DNA from: Acaryochloris marina S15
Lineage (GTDB): Bacteria > Cyanobacteriota > Cyanobacteriia > Thermosynechococcales > Thermosynechococcaceae
Direction of reading: 5' to 3'
NCBI RefSeq assembly: GCF_018336915.1
Contig: NZ_CP064923.1
Location: 1,320,001 to 1,352,000 of the forward strand
Length of the DNA stretch: 32,000 nucleotides
In this document: positions 17,437-25,199 of the stretch, piece by piece
Layout: each line of letters begins with the position of its first letter
Position numbering within the stretch: the stretch's first letter is position 1
The notes under the pieces: generated by a model
Database searches by the model: none
Told to the model about the DNA's origin: nothing
Seen by the model: only the letters and a program-made list of their open reading frames with translations
Translations under genes and position numbers: made by a program

Positions 17437-17844
17437 ATGATTAGCGATTTTCTCGAACGGCTTTTTCTCGGCCAAGACATGACGACTAGTCGTGATGATG
17501 TCAAAAGTCGGCTCAAAATTGTCTTAGCCCATGATCGAGCTAACCTGCCGCCAGAGCTGATGGAGGCGATGCGTCGAGAAATTTTGGAAGTGGTTTCTCG
17601 CTATGTAGAGATCGATACAGAAGGGCTCAACTTCAGTTTGGAATCCGATCAGCGAGCGACGGCCCTAATCGCCAATTTACCGATTCGTCGCATCAAATTT
17701 GAGCCGGATGCTCAAGCTGCATCAGAGTTAGAAGATGCTCCTGAGCTGGGTAACATCTCACTAGAGACTTCAGCGCCAAGGCTTGCTGATGCTTCATCTC
17801 CCTATGATGTTTCTCCAACGCCTGATATCGACTTGTCTTTGTGA
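17437..17844 (+). CDS. minE: Cell division topological specificity factor MinE, with a ~48-aa acidic C-terminal extension
   Basis: FLERLF...[43 protein letters not shown] is canonical MinE. Residues from ~88 (17698 onward) form an extra Asp/Glu/Pro/Ser-rich tail. Confidence 0.9.
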   Translation: MISDFLERLFLGQDMTTSRDDVKSRLKIVLAHDRANLPPELMEAMRREILEVVSRYVEIDTEGLNFSLESDQRATALIANLPIRRIKFEPDAQAASELEDAPELGNISLETSAPRLADASSPYDVSPTPDIDLSL

Positions 17845-18149
17845 TCAAGGTGGGGTACTGAAGGTTGCATCACGCCCTATTAAGCGGGCCTATCTTACCC
17901 TTCCTCCCTTGCCAATCCGTTCTCAATATCCTGCTTAACTTTTTCTTCCCCTATAAATTGGGGGTTAACGCCAACTTTGGGAAAAGTGATTCGAGCTAAG
18001 AGCTGAGCTGCAATTATCTTTTATTTCCAAAAAATTAGAGACAAATTACCCTAAGCTATACTCAGACCCTTGCCACAACATTTCGACTTCAAGGTGAATA
18101 GGCATAGTTTTGCCTCTCTATAATTTGGACATAAGCACTTTTGTGGTTG

Positions 18150-19535
18150 ATGCTCATGGGATCTCCCAAACAGACGATAACTTCTTATAAAGGCAAATCG
18201 TTGCAGCATCTTCCCGGACGGTTAGGTCGTTCCATTCGCTGGTTGTCCCCTGGACTATCGATTAAGCGTTGGTTGTTTTTAAGCGCAATTGGTGTCCTCT
18301 TGACCAGCCTGGGATTAGCCATCCTGGTCCGCCTAACTCCCATCTTTTACGTTATCCAGTTTTTAGAATCTGCACTCCAGTTTTTTGCCCAGGTTTTACC
18401 CAGACAGATCAGTGGCCCTCTCGTGATCATATTGGGCTTATTTCTAGTGTGGTGGGGACAAGCACGAACCTTAGGGTCCATTACTGAAGTCTTAATTCCA
18501 GATAGCCAAGAGGAGGTTGTGGATCGCCTCCTCGTGCATCGCCGTTTGAATCGAGGTCCCAAAATCGTGGTGGTAGGGGGCGGCACTGGTTTGTCTACCT
18601 TGCTGCGAGGCTTGAAATCTTATAGCTCAAACATCACAGCTATTGTTACAGTTGCAGATGACGGTGGATCTTCGGGACGCCTGAGACGTGAAATTGGTGG
18701 TTTACCCCCCGGGGATCTGCGTAACTGCATTGCTGCTTTAGCCGATCAAGAAAAATTGATTACGGCGCTATTTCAATATCGGTTTAAAGCTGGAGATGGA
18801 CTCGCTGGCCATAGCTTTGGCAACTTGTTCTTAACCGCCATGAGCGAGATTACTGATAGTTGGGAGCAGGCGATTGCTGCCAGTTCCCAGGTGTTAGCCG
18901 TTCGAGGGCAGGTCTTGCCCGCTACCCTCAGTGACGTCAGCCTCTGGGCCGATTTAGAAGACGGTCGCTGTATTAAGGGAGAATCCAAGATTACAGCTGC
19001 AGGGGGCAGAATTATTCGCGTGGGCTGTACCCCTGAACGCCCGCCCGCTTTACCAAAAGCTATTCGAGCAATTATTGATGCCGACCTGATCATTCTGGGT
19101 CCTGGGAGTCTCTATACCAGCGTGGTCCCCAATCTGCTGGTGCCAGAAATTGTGGAGGCGATTGCCCGTCGAACCGTGCCTCGGATCTATGTCTGCAATA
19201 TTATGAGTCAGCCTGGAGAAACGGATGGCTATACTGTTGCCGATCACATTAAGGCTCTAGATGCTGCCTGTGGTAAGCGAGTCTTTGATGCAGTGCTGGT
19301 GCAGAAAAAATTGCCTTCCTCGATGGCCTTAGCTCGCTACATGCAGGAAAATGCCCATCCCATTGTGATTGATCGTGAAATGTTGATGCGGCTTGGATGT
19401 CGAGTGATTCTTGCCAATGTCATGGATGAAGATCCAAATACCCAGTTTGTTCGCCATAGCCCCGAGCTTTTGTCTCGGGTTTTACTGCGATGGTATGGGC
19501 GAGTCAACCGCATGGAACATCCTACTCATGCCTAA
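18150..19535 (+). CDS. YvcK/CofD-like (UPF0052, gluconeogenesis-factor family) protein with an N-terminal membrane anchor
   Basis: [37 protein letters not shown] and [10 protein letters not shown] motifs of the YvcK/CofD family. These are preceded by ~130 aa containing two hydrophobic helices ([20 protein letters not shown]; [15 protein letters not shown]). The start is ambiguous (TTG 18141, ATG 18150 or 18156). Confidence 0.85.
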   Translation: MLMGSPKQTITSYKGKSLQHLPGRLGRSIRWLSPGLSIKRWLFLSAIGVLLTSLGLAILVRLTPIFYVIQFLESALQFFAQVLPRQISGPLVIILGLFLVWWGQARTLGSITEVLIPDSQEEVVDRLLVHRRLNRGPKIVVVGGGTGLSTLLRGLKSYSSNITAIVTVADDGGSSGRLRREIGGLPPGDLRNCIAALADQEKLITALFQYRFKAGDGLAGHSFGNLFLTAMSEITDSWEQAIAASSQVLAVRGQVLPATLSDVSLWADLEDGRCIKGESKITAAGGRIIRVGCTPERPPALPKAIRAIIDADLIILGPGSLYTSVVPNLLVPEIVEAIARRTVPRIYVCNIMSQPGETDGYTVADHIKALDAACGKRVFDAVLVQKKLPSSMALARYMQENAHPIVIDREMLMRLGCRVILANVMDEDPNTQFVRHSPELLSRVLLRWYGRVNRMEHPTHA

Positions 19536-19646
19536 AGATAGAGAATTGTATGTTTCTATCTATTCATAAGGCCCGTCATTCTTTACTATTATTTAATACT
19601 CTCTGTCAATGGCCGTCGTCTTGGCTGCCCTTCCTAACGAAAATTT

Positions 19647-21236
19647 ATGACTCTTGGTTACCTTGCCCTGGTGCTCCATGCCCATCTCCCTTTCGTTCGT
19701 CACCCTGAAAGTGATTTTGTTCTAGAGGAAGAATGGCTATTTGAGGCAATTACTGAAACTTATATCCCTCTACTACAAGTCTTCTCAGGATTAAAGCGAG
19801 ATGGGATTGATTTCAAAATCACCATGAGTATGACGCCCCCTTTGGTGTCTATGCTGCAAGATCCACTCCTCCAAGATCGATATGATGAACATCTCGCTAA
19901 GCTAGAAGAGCTGGCCACCCTAGAGGTTGAGCGCAATGTTCACAACAGCCATATTCGCTACCTGGCAGAGCATTATGTCAATGAATTCCATACGGTTCGA
20001 GAGGTATGGGAGAACTACGATCGAGATGTAGTATCGGCCTTCAAACAGTTTCAAGATACGAACAACCTAGAAATTATTACCTGTGGGGCCACCCACGGCT
20101 ATTTACCGCTGATGAAAATGTATCCCCAAGCGGTATGGGCTCAGATACAGGTCGCTTGCGAACATTACGAAGAAACTTTTGGGCGACCTCCTAAAGGGAT
20201 TTGGCTACCAGAATGTGCCTATTTTGAGGGCCTGGAGCGCATGCTAGCCGATGCAGGGCTGCGCTACTTCCTGATGGATGGCCATGGCTTGCTCTATGCA
20301 AGACCTCGACCTCGCTTTGGTACCTATTCACCTATTTTTACGGAAACAGGAGTTGCTGCGTTTGGTCGTGATCATGAGTCATCTCAGCAGGTTTGGTCTT
20401 CCGAAGTTGGCTATCCGGGGGCTCCTGTGTATCGGGAGTTTTACAAGGATCTAGGCTGGGAAGCAGAGTATGAATATATTAAGCCCTACATTATGCCCAA
20501 TGGCCAGCGCAAAAATGTTGGGATCAAATATCACAAAATTACGGGACGAGGTGGGGGCCTATCTGATAAGGCCCTTTATGATCCCTATTGGGCACGGGAA
20601 AAAGCAGCAGAACATGCCCATAACTTCATGTTTAACCGGGAACAGCAAATCAAAAATCTGCATGGGATAATGCAGCGGCCTCCGATTGTAGTTTCCCCCT
20701 ACGATGCCGAACTCTATGGCCACTGGTGGTATGAGGGACCCTGGTTTATTGACTACCTATTCCGCAAGTCTTGGCATGACCAACAGACCTATGAAATGAC
20801 TCACTTGGCGGATTACTTGAAAGCAGAGCCTAATCAACAAGTCTGCCGCCCTTCCCAATCGAGCTGGGGTTATAAAGGATTCCATGAGTATTGGCTCAAT
20901 GAGACCAATGCCTGGATTTATCCCCATCTTCATAAGGCCGCCGAACGGATGATTGAACTCGCTAAGTTAGAGCCTGAAGATGATCTGCAATGGCGAGCCT
21001 TAAACCAGGCATCTCGAGAACTCTTATTGGCCCAGTCTTCTGATTGGGCGTTTATCATGCGAACTGGGACGATGGTTCCCTATGCTGTACGCCGGACTCG
21101 GTCTCATTTGGCCCGTTTCCAACATCTCTACCATGACATTAAAAAGCGACAGGTGGATAGTGGATGGCTGGAGAAGGTAGAAGTAATGGATAACATCTTC
21201 CCCAACATTAACTATCGAGTTTATCGACCCCTTTAG
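19647..21236 (+). CDS. Glycoside hydrolase family 57 protein (GH57-type 1,4-alpha-glucan branching enzyme-like, DUF1957 C-terminal region)
   Basis: LGYLALVLHAHLPFVRHPE start, ITCGATHGYLPL, GIWLPECAY, and SPYDAELYGHWWYEGPWF. These match the GH57 branching-enzyme-type pattern as I recall it. Confidence 0.8.
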   Translation: MTLGYLALVLHAHLPFVRHPESDFVLEEEWLFEAITETYIPLLQVFSGLKRDGIDFKITMSMTPPLVSMLQDPLLQDRYDEHLAKLEELATLEVERNVHNSHIRYLAEHYVNEFHTVREVWENYDRDVVSAFKQFQDTNNLEIITCGATHGYLPLMKMYPQAVWAQIQVACEHYEETFGRPPKGIWLPECAYFEGLERMLADAGLRYFLMDGHGLLYARPRPRFGTYSPIFTETGVAAFGRDHESSQQVWSSEVGYPGAPVYREFYKDLGWEAEYEYIKPYIMPNGQRKNVGIKYHKITGRGGGLSDKALYDPYWAREKAAEHAHNFMFNREQQIKNLHGIMQRPPIVVSPYDAELYGHWWYEGPWFIDYLFRKSWHDQQTYEMTHLADYLKAEPNQQVCRPSQSSWGYKGFHEYWLNETNAWIYPHLHKAAERMIELAKLEPEDDLQWRALNQASRELLLAQSSDWAFIMRTGTMVPYAVRRTRSHLARFQHLYHDIKKRQVDSGWLEKVEVMDNIFPNINYRVYRPL

Positions 21237-22006
21237 AATTCTCGATTGGCAAAAATAATAGTGGAGATGGCTAAGAGTAAGGTGATATATACGATGCCAT
21301 AGACAGCGTTCATTGCCATTTGTGATGGCGGAACGGTAATGATATGCACTGCCTGATTTTTTAAATCTAAGCGTGATAAATCAGGAAAGACGAGGTAAAT
21401 AACCTTGGCAATCTGCTGAATACTTTCAGACTTTATGGATTCGCTGAGCTTAAGTAGGTTTTGGCTAAAATGCCCCATGAAATAAACGGCAAAAGTGAGA
21501 ACAGTCCCCATTAAAGAACTCGTAAATGCACCGAACAAAATTGAAACGGCTGCAATTAAAGCCATCTCTAAAATTAGGAAGCTACTGCTTAAGAGAATAT
21601 TATTGAGTTCAAAGGTAAACTGCTGCCAGCTGAGGACACTCACTAAAATCGCCGTCATAATGGCAATTAAGAGAGTCAACACCCCGGACAAACCGATATG
21701 TTTCCCTAGAACAAATTCGGTGCGACTGAGGGGTTTGGCTAGCAAAATTAATGCGGTTCGTTTTTCGACTTCTTTATTAATTAATCCGCCGCCTTCAAAT
21801 GCGGCCACCGCCAGTGCGAGTAGACTAATACTGGCTAGTCCCACATCAACACTTATTTTTCCTTCGGTGCCGGCAGAGACCTCACCTAGGAATAAAATCA
21901 CTAAGACCAGACCAATGGCGTATAGCGCAGCTAGATAGAGGACGCGATCGCGGAAAATATCTCGAAATACATTGGATGCAATCACTGCAATTCGTTGAGG
22001 ATTCAT
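21233..22006 (-). CDS. ABC-2 family transporter permease (NosY/YhaP-like), orphan with no adjacent ATPase
   Basis: Six hydrophobic segments plus the EVEKRTALILLAKPLSRTEFVLGKHIG block typical of ABC-2 permeases. Its 3' end overlaps the convergent GH57 gene by 4 nt. Confidence 0.75.
   Translation of the reverse strand: MNPQRIAVIASNVFRDIFRDRVLYLAALYAIGLVLVILFLGEVSAGTEGKISVDVGLASISLLALAVAAFEGGGLINKEVEKRTALILLAKPLSRTEFVLGKHIGLSGVLTLLIAIMTAILVSVLSWQQFTFELNNILLSSSFLILEMALIAAVSILFGAFTSSLMGTVLTFAVYFMGHFSQNLLKLSESIKSESIQQIAKVIYLVFPDLSRLDLKNQAVHIITVPPSQMAMNAVYGIVYITLLLAISTIIFANREF
21944..21951. repeat. HIP1 octamer GCGATCGC
   Basis: Exact octamer read at these coordinates. Confidence 0.95.
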
Positions 22007-22160
22007 CGTTAGGCACTTAACTCTTCCAACCTACTTCTCATAGTACCCAGCTCATTGGAGGAAATATTCTCTGGATTTAATTCATTTTTGAGGCAAGCAA
22101 TTTGTTGTGGAGCGATACTGTCTCTTGGGGATGGGATGGCATTCGTGGTGATAGGACTAA

Positions 22161-22190
22161 GCGCTTGTGAAAAATAGCACTTGTGAAATA
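22161..22190. repeat. Tandem imperfect direct repeat GCGCTTGTGAAAAATA / GCACTTGTGAAATA
   Basis: Read directly. It lies between the TVP38-like stop (22268) and the ABC-2 permease start (22006), both on the minus strand. Confidence 0.4.
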
Positions 22191-22267
22191 TTAGTACTCA
22201 ATGGATCGGACAGATAGTAAGGCGTCTCTTGCGTGAAGGACTGAATCCCATGGGACAGACATCCACT

Positions 22268-22939
22268 TTATTTTTTGGTAGTTGATGTAGCCCCTCGTTG
22301 CTGGAGCCATCCCGCGAATATCGCCACGCAAAATGCGCCTAAGATAGCGAGACCTGCATATAAGTATCCGGTGCCTTTATCAAATAAAGTTGCGCCTATG
22401 GCCACGATCGGTCCACCACGTACCAGGGAAGCGATGAGTAATCCGGGCAAAAACATTTTCCATTTGGTGGTTGTTAGCCCAACACTATAGCTCACAAAAT
22501 CAAATGCACCGGTCATCAAGGCACCTGCTAGCAAGAAAAAGTTTTTTTCTAAATGCTTGCTACTCAACTCATCCACTCGGCCCATGAATTTCTTACCCAC
22601 CAGCTTCTCAACTAGATTGCGACCGAATCGTCTAGCAAGGTAAAACGCGATGCTGCAGGAACAGAGGTCAGAAACAACAATTGTCCCTAATGCAGTGGGG
22701 TAATCCAGTATTTTCCCTGCGAGTAATGCCTGAGGTACACCGGGGATGATAGGAATAACAACGCTGATCAAGCGAAGGGCAAAGATTCCCAAAGGTGCCC
22801 AAGGCCCCAACTGTTCAACTTGAAGCTCAATTTGGGATTTTAAGGGTTCTTCATCTAGCTTTCTAATCAGCCAGATGGAAATTGCCAAGATACCAACAGC
22901 TAACCCAAATAGACTAATCTTGCTGAGCTTCTTATTCAT
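22268..22939 (-). CDS. TVP38/TMEM64 (DedA/SNARE-associated, VTT domain) family membrane protein
   Basis: 223 aa and polytopic, with LRLISVVIPIIPGVPQALLAGKIL...AFYLARRFGRNLVEKL typical of the family. Confidence 0.8.
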   Translation of the reverse strand: MNKKLSKISLFGLAVGILAISIWLIRKLDEEPLKSQIELQVEQLGPWAPLGIFALRLISVVIPIIPGVPQALLAGKILDYPTALGTIVVSDLCSCSIAFYLARRFGRNLVEKLVGKKFMGRVDELSSKHLEKNFFLLAGALMTGAFDFVSYSVGLTTTKWKMFLPGLLIASLVRGGPIVAIGATLFDKGTGYLYAGLAILGAFCVAIFAGWLQQRGATSTTKK

Positions 22940-23385
22940 GGGATGTTGATTCAGTTTCTTTCAAGCGACTTCAACTACGACATTTAAGCTTTGCTTGATA
23001 TTTATGTGTATGGATGGGTTGCACAAAATACTGGGCGGTTTATTTGCCTGATGATGAGATTGCTTGTTGTTCCCTTAGCCCCCAGTCATGACCTAGGTAA
23101 GTTCATGGCAGCTTATTCAAGCTCATCAAATGTGGCCGATTGTATATACCACGGTCGGTATTGACCTCAAGAAGTTATGGGATTTGCCATGGTAGATATC
23201 GCCGCCATGGTCCCTAAAGAAATTGTGATGTCTCAAAATTAAGGTTAAGTGGGGTCTGATTTAAGCCTAAAAGGATGACAGAATAACCTTGCTCGCTATA
23301 GATTGAGCGTTCATTTGAGGATGAGTAGCCTGACTTTCCCCTCGTTTAAAAACACTTTAATCCTCCCCCCTGGTTTTGCGACAAG

Positions 23386-23440
23386 AGGCCCATTTTAAAT
23401 GGCCTTACCTTGAAGGCTATCTAGAGAAAGTCACTCTAGA
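23386..23440 (-). other. Two short hairpins (AGGCC..GGCCT at 23386-23405; TCTAGAG-N7-CTCTAGA at 23420-23440)
   Basis: Inverted repeats read directly. They lie downstream (on the minus strand) of the 129-aa ORF and of the stronger hairpin at 23443-23472. Confidence 0.35.
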
Positions 23441-23442
23441 TT

Positions 23443-23472
23443 TAATTCCCATGAACAAATTCATGGGAATTA
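23443..23472 (-). terminator. Strong hairpin (13-bp perfect stem, 4-nt loop) 25 nt downstream of the 129-aa ORF stop; possible terminator or processing site
   Basis: T-AATTCCCATGAA-CAAA-TTCATGGGAATT-A read directly. No U-tract follows on either strand, so it is not a canonical intrinsic terminator. Confidence 0.4.
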
Positions 23473-23496
23473 TAAAGATTGGCAATATTAATGACC

Positions 23497-23886
23497 TTAT
23501 GCCAAAGTCTCTGGACAATAGCCTAAGCCTTGAATAAACTGCTGACGGAATGCCTCAATTTCGGTCATATCGGGGCTGCCATGGGCAATCACTGCAACTT
23601 GGTATTGGCTCATTACTTCAACAGGAGATTGGCCAGATTCCAGAGCTTGTAGTACTGTGCTGACTCGGGTATCTACTTGGTAAGGGATGCCCAATTCTCC
23701 TAAAAAGGCACGGAAGTTGTCTAAATCTTGTTGTGTCCAACCCGGTGCCGTTCTGATACGTAACACCCAACCGTTCAGTTGGTGAACAACCGTCATGAAC
23801 TCGACGGGTAAGTGAGTTGATCGGCGAAGATGCTGAACAACGCGTAAAACTAAACTTGCTGTTCCTAGATAATATAGGTAATCCAT
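23497..23886 (-). CDS. Hypothetical protein, 129 aa, no recognised domain
   Basis: Clean ATG-initiated ORF (MDYLYYLGTASLVLRVVQHLRRSTHLPVEF...GYCPETLA) with no competing ORF. It is flanked by long non-coding regions, and I recognise no motif. Confidence 0.55.
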   Translation of the reverse strand: MDYLYYLGTASLVLRVVQHLRRSTHLPVEFMTVVHQLNGWVLRIRTAPGWTQQDLDNFRAFLGELGIPYQVDTRVSTVLQALESGQSPVEVMSQYQVAVIAHGSPDMTEIEAFRQQFIQGLGYCPETLA

Positions 23887-24015
23887 AATTGTGCCTGCCT
23901 CGGCACTAACCCCAGCGTTTTTGCGGTGAGCAGGGATACCTGCATATACTTATTGTCACGATCAGCTCTGCTTATGGGTAGAGCAGAATCCCCATAATAA
24001 ATAGGGGGTTATACC

Positions 24016-24035
24016 CAACCTGGTTGACCAGGTTG
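24016..24035. promoter_or_regulatory. Perfect palindrome CAACCTGG-TTGA-CCAGGTTG between the divergent 129-aa ORF and queA
   Basis: 8-bp arms with a 4-nt centre, read directly. It lies 45 nt upstream of the queA ATG (24080) and 130 nt upstream of the ATG at 23886 (-). Confidence 0.35.
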
Positions 24036-24079
24036 ATTATTGTAGTCAGAGCAACCTATCCACCGTCAGTAAAAAAAGC

Positions 24080-25189
24080 ATGCTGGGCTCCACTCCCGAG
24101 TTAGATCAAACCCTCCAGGCCTATGATTATGTGCTGCCAGAGACTTTAATTGCGCAAACCCCTCTGGTGCCTAGAGATCGGTCTCGGTTATTGGTGGTTC
24201 AACAAAAAGCGCATCAACATCAAATCTTTCAGGATTTGGTCGCACTATTGCAGCCTGGCGATTTGCTAGTTTTTAACGATACCCGGGTTATCCCAGCCCG
24301 CCTCCTGGGTCGCAAAGTGAAGTCTGAGCTGGCTCAGCCAGTTGAGGTCTTTTTGCTGGAACCTCGGCAACCTCGAACTTGGCTTGCTTTAGTCAGGCCA
24401 GGACGGCGGTTAAAGCCAGGGGCCCAAATAGAGTTTGGCTCCCCAGAATGTCCCTTATTGCGGGCAGAGGTTCTAGCTACAGATGAAGAGACACGGGGGC
24501 GGATCATTCAATTTGAACCTCTGGTCGAACAGCCTTTTGAAGATCTCTTAGAACAATTGGGAGAAGTACCCTTACCCCCCTATATTCAAGATTCTGCTGC
24601 CCGGCCAGAACAGTATCAGACGGTCTATGCACAGCATCCTGGGGCTGTGGCTGCGCCAACTGCAGGATTGCATTTTACCCCTGAGCTACTTGCTCGTCTC
24701 CAATCCCAGGGCATTAATCAGGTGTGTCTGACGCTCCATGTGGGGATTGGTACCTTCCGGCCTGTGGAAACGAATGATATTTTGCAACATAATATGCACT
24801 CGGAATGGGTGGATTTACCTGCGGCGACGGTGGATGCTATTCGAGCAACAAAAGCTGCTGGGGGGCGTGTGATCGCGGTGGGGACAACCGTGGCGAGAGC
24901 CCTAGAAGGAGCCTGTCAGAATGGCTCTCTTGCTCCTTGGCAGGGGCGTACGAATTTGTTTGTCTATCCTGGTTATCAGTGGTGGGTGGTGGATGGCTTA
25001 ATCACCAACTTTCATTTACCGAAATCGAGTTTGTTGATGTTGGTGAGTGCTTTAGTGGGACGTGAGCGGTTGTTGGCCTTGTATGAGGATGCGATCGCAC
25101 ATCAATACCGCTTCTACTCTTTCGGTGATGCCATGCTGATTTTGCCGGAGGCCGTGATTGCAGAACGTTCCCCAGACGTTGTTTTTTAA
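24080..25189 (+). CDS. queA: S-adenosylmethionine:tRNA ribosyltransferase-isomerase
   Basis: YDYVLPETLIAQTPLVPRDRSRLL, LVFNDTRVIPARL, VAAPTAGLHFT, TLHVGIGTFRPV, AVGTTVARALE and FYSFGDAMLI are all canonical QueA blocks. Confidence 0.95.
   Translation: MLGSTPELDQTLQAYDYVLPETLIAQTPLVPRDRSRLLVVQQKAHQHQIFQDLVALLQPGDLLVFNDTRVIPARLLGRKVKSELAQPVEVFLLEPRQPRTWLALVRPGRRLKPGAQIEFGSPECPLLRAEVLATDEETRGRIIQFEPLVEQPFEDLLEQLGEVPLPPYIQDSAARPEQYQTVYAQHPGAVAAPTAGLHFTPELLARLQSQGINQVCLTLHVGIGTFRPVETNDILQHNMHSEWVDLPAATVDAIRATKAAGGRVIAVGTTVARALEGACQNGSLAPWQGRTNLFVYPGYQWWVVDGLITNFHLPKSSLLMLVSALVGRERLLALYEDAIAHQYRFYSFGDAMLILPEAVIAERSPDVVF
25091..25098. repeat. HIP1 octamer GCGATCGC
   Basis: Exact octamer read at these coordinates. 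Confidence 0.95.
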
Positions 25190-25199
25190 GCCCGTCGGG

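Noticed and set aside
23051-23251. Small ORFs in the long intergenic region: 37 codons at 23051-23164 (MMRLLVVPLAPSHDLGKF...) and 21 codons at about 23186-23251 (MGFAMVDIAAMVPKEIVMSQN).
   Set aside because: There is no Shine-Dalgarno-like sequence at a proper distance, no hydrophobic or otherwise protein-like pattern, and no recognisable motif. I kept them only as part of the 'unexplained non-coding region' finding.
23960-24079. Possible preQ1 riboswitch upstream of queA, suggested by small G/C stems followed by an A-rich run (AAAAAAAGC) just before the ATG.
   Set aside because: I cannot build the preQ1-I/II consensus (a P1 hairpin with a conserved loop plus an A-rich tail pseudoknot) from this sequence. 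The known preQ1 riboswitches control queCDEF/queT-type genes rather than queA. A cmscan against Rfam would settle it.
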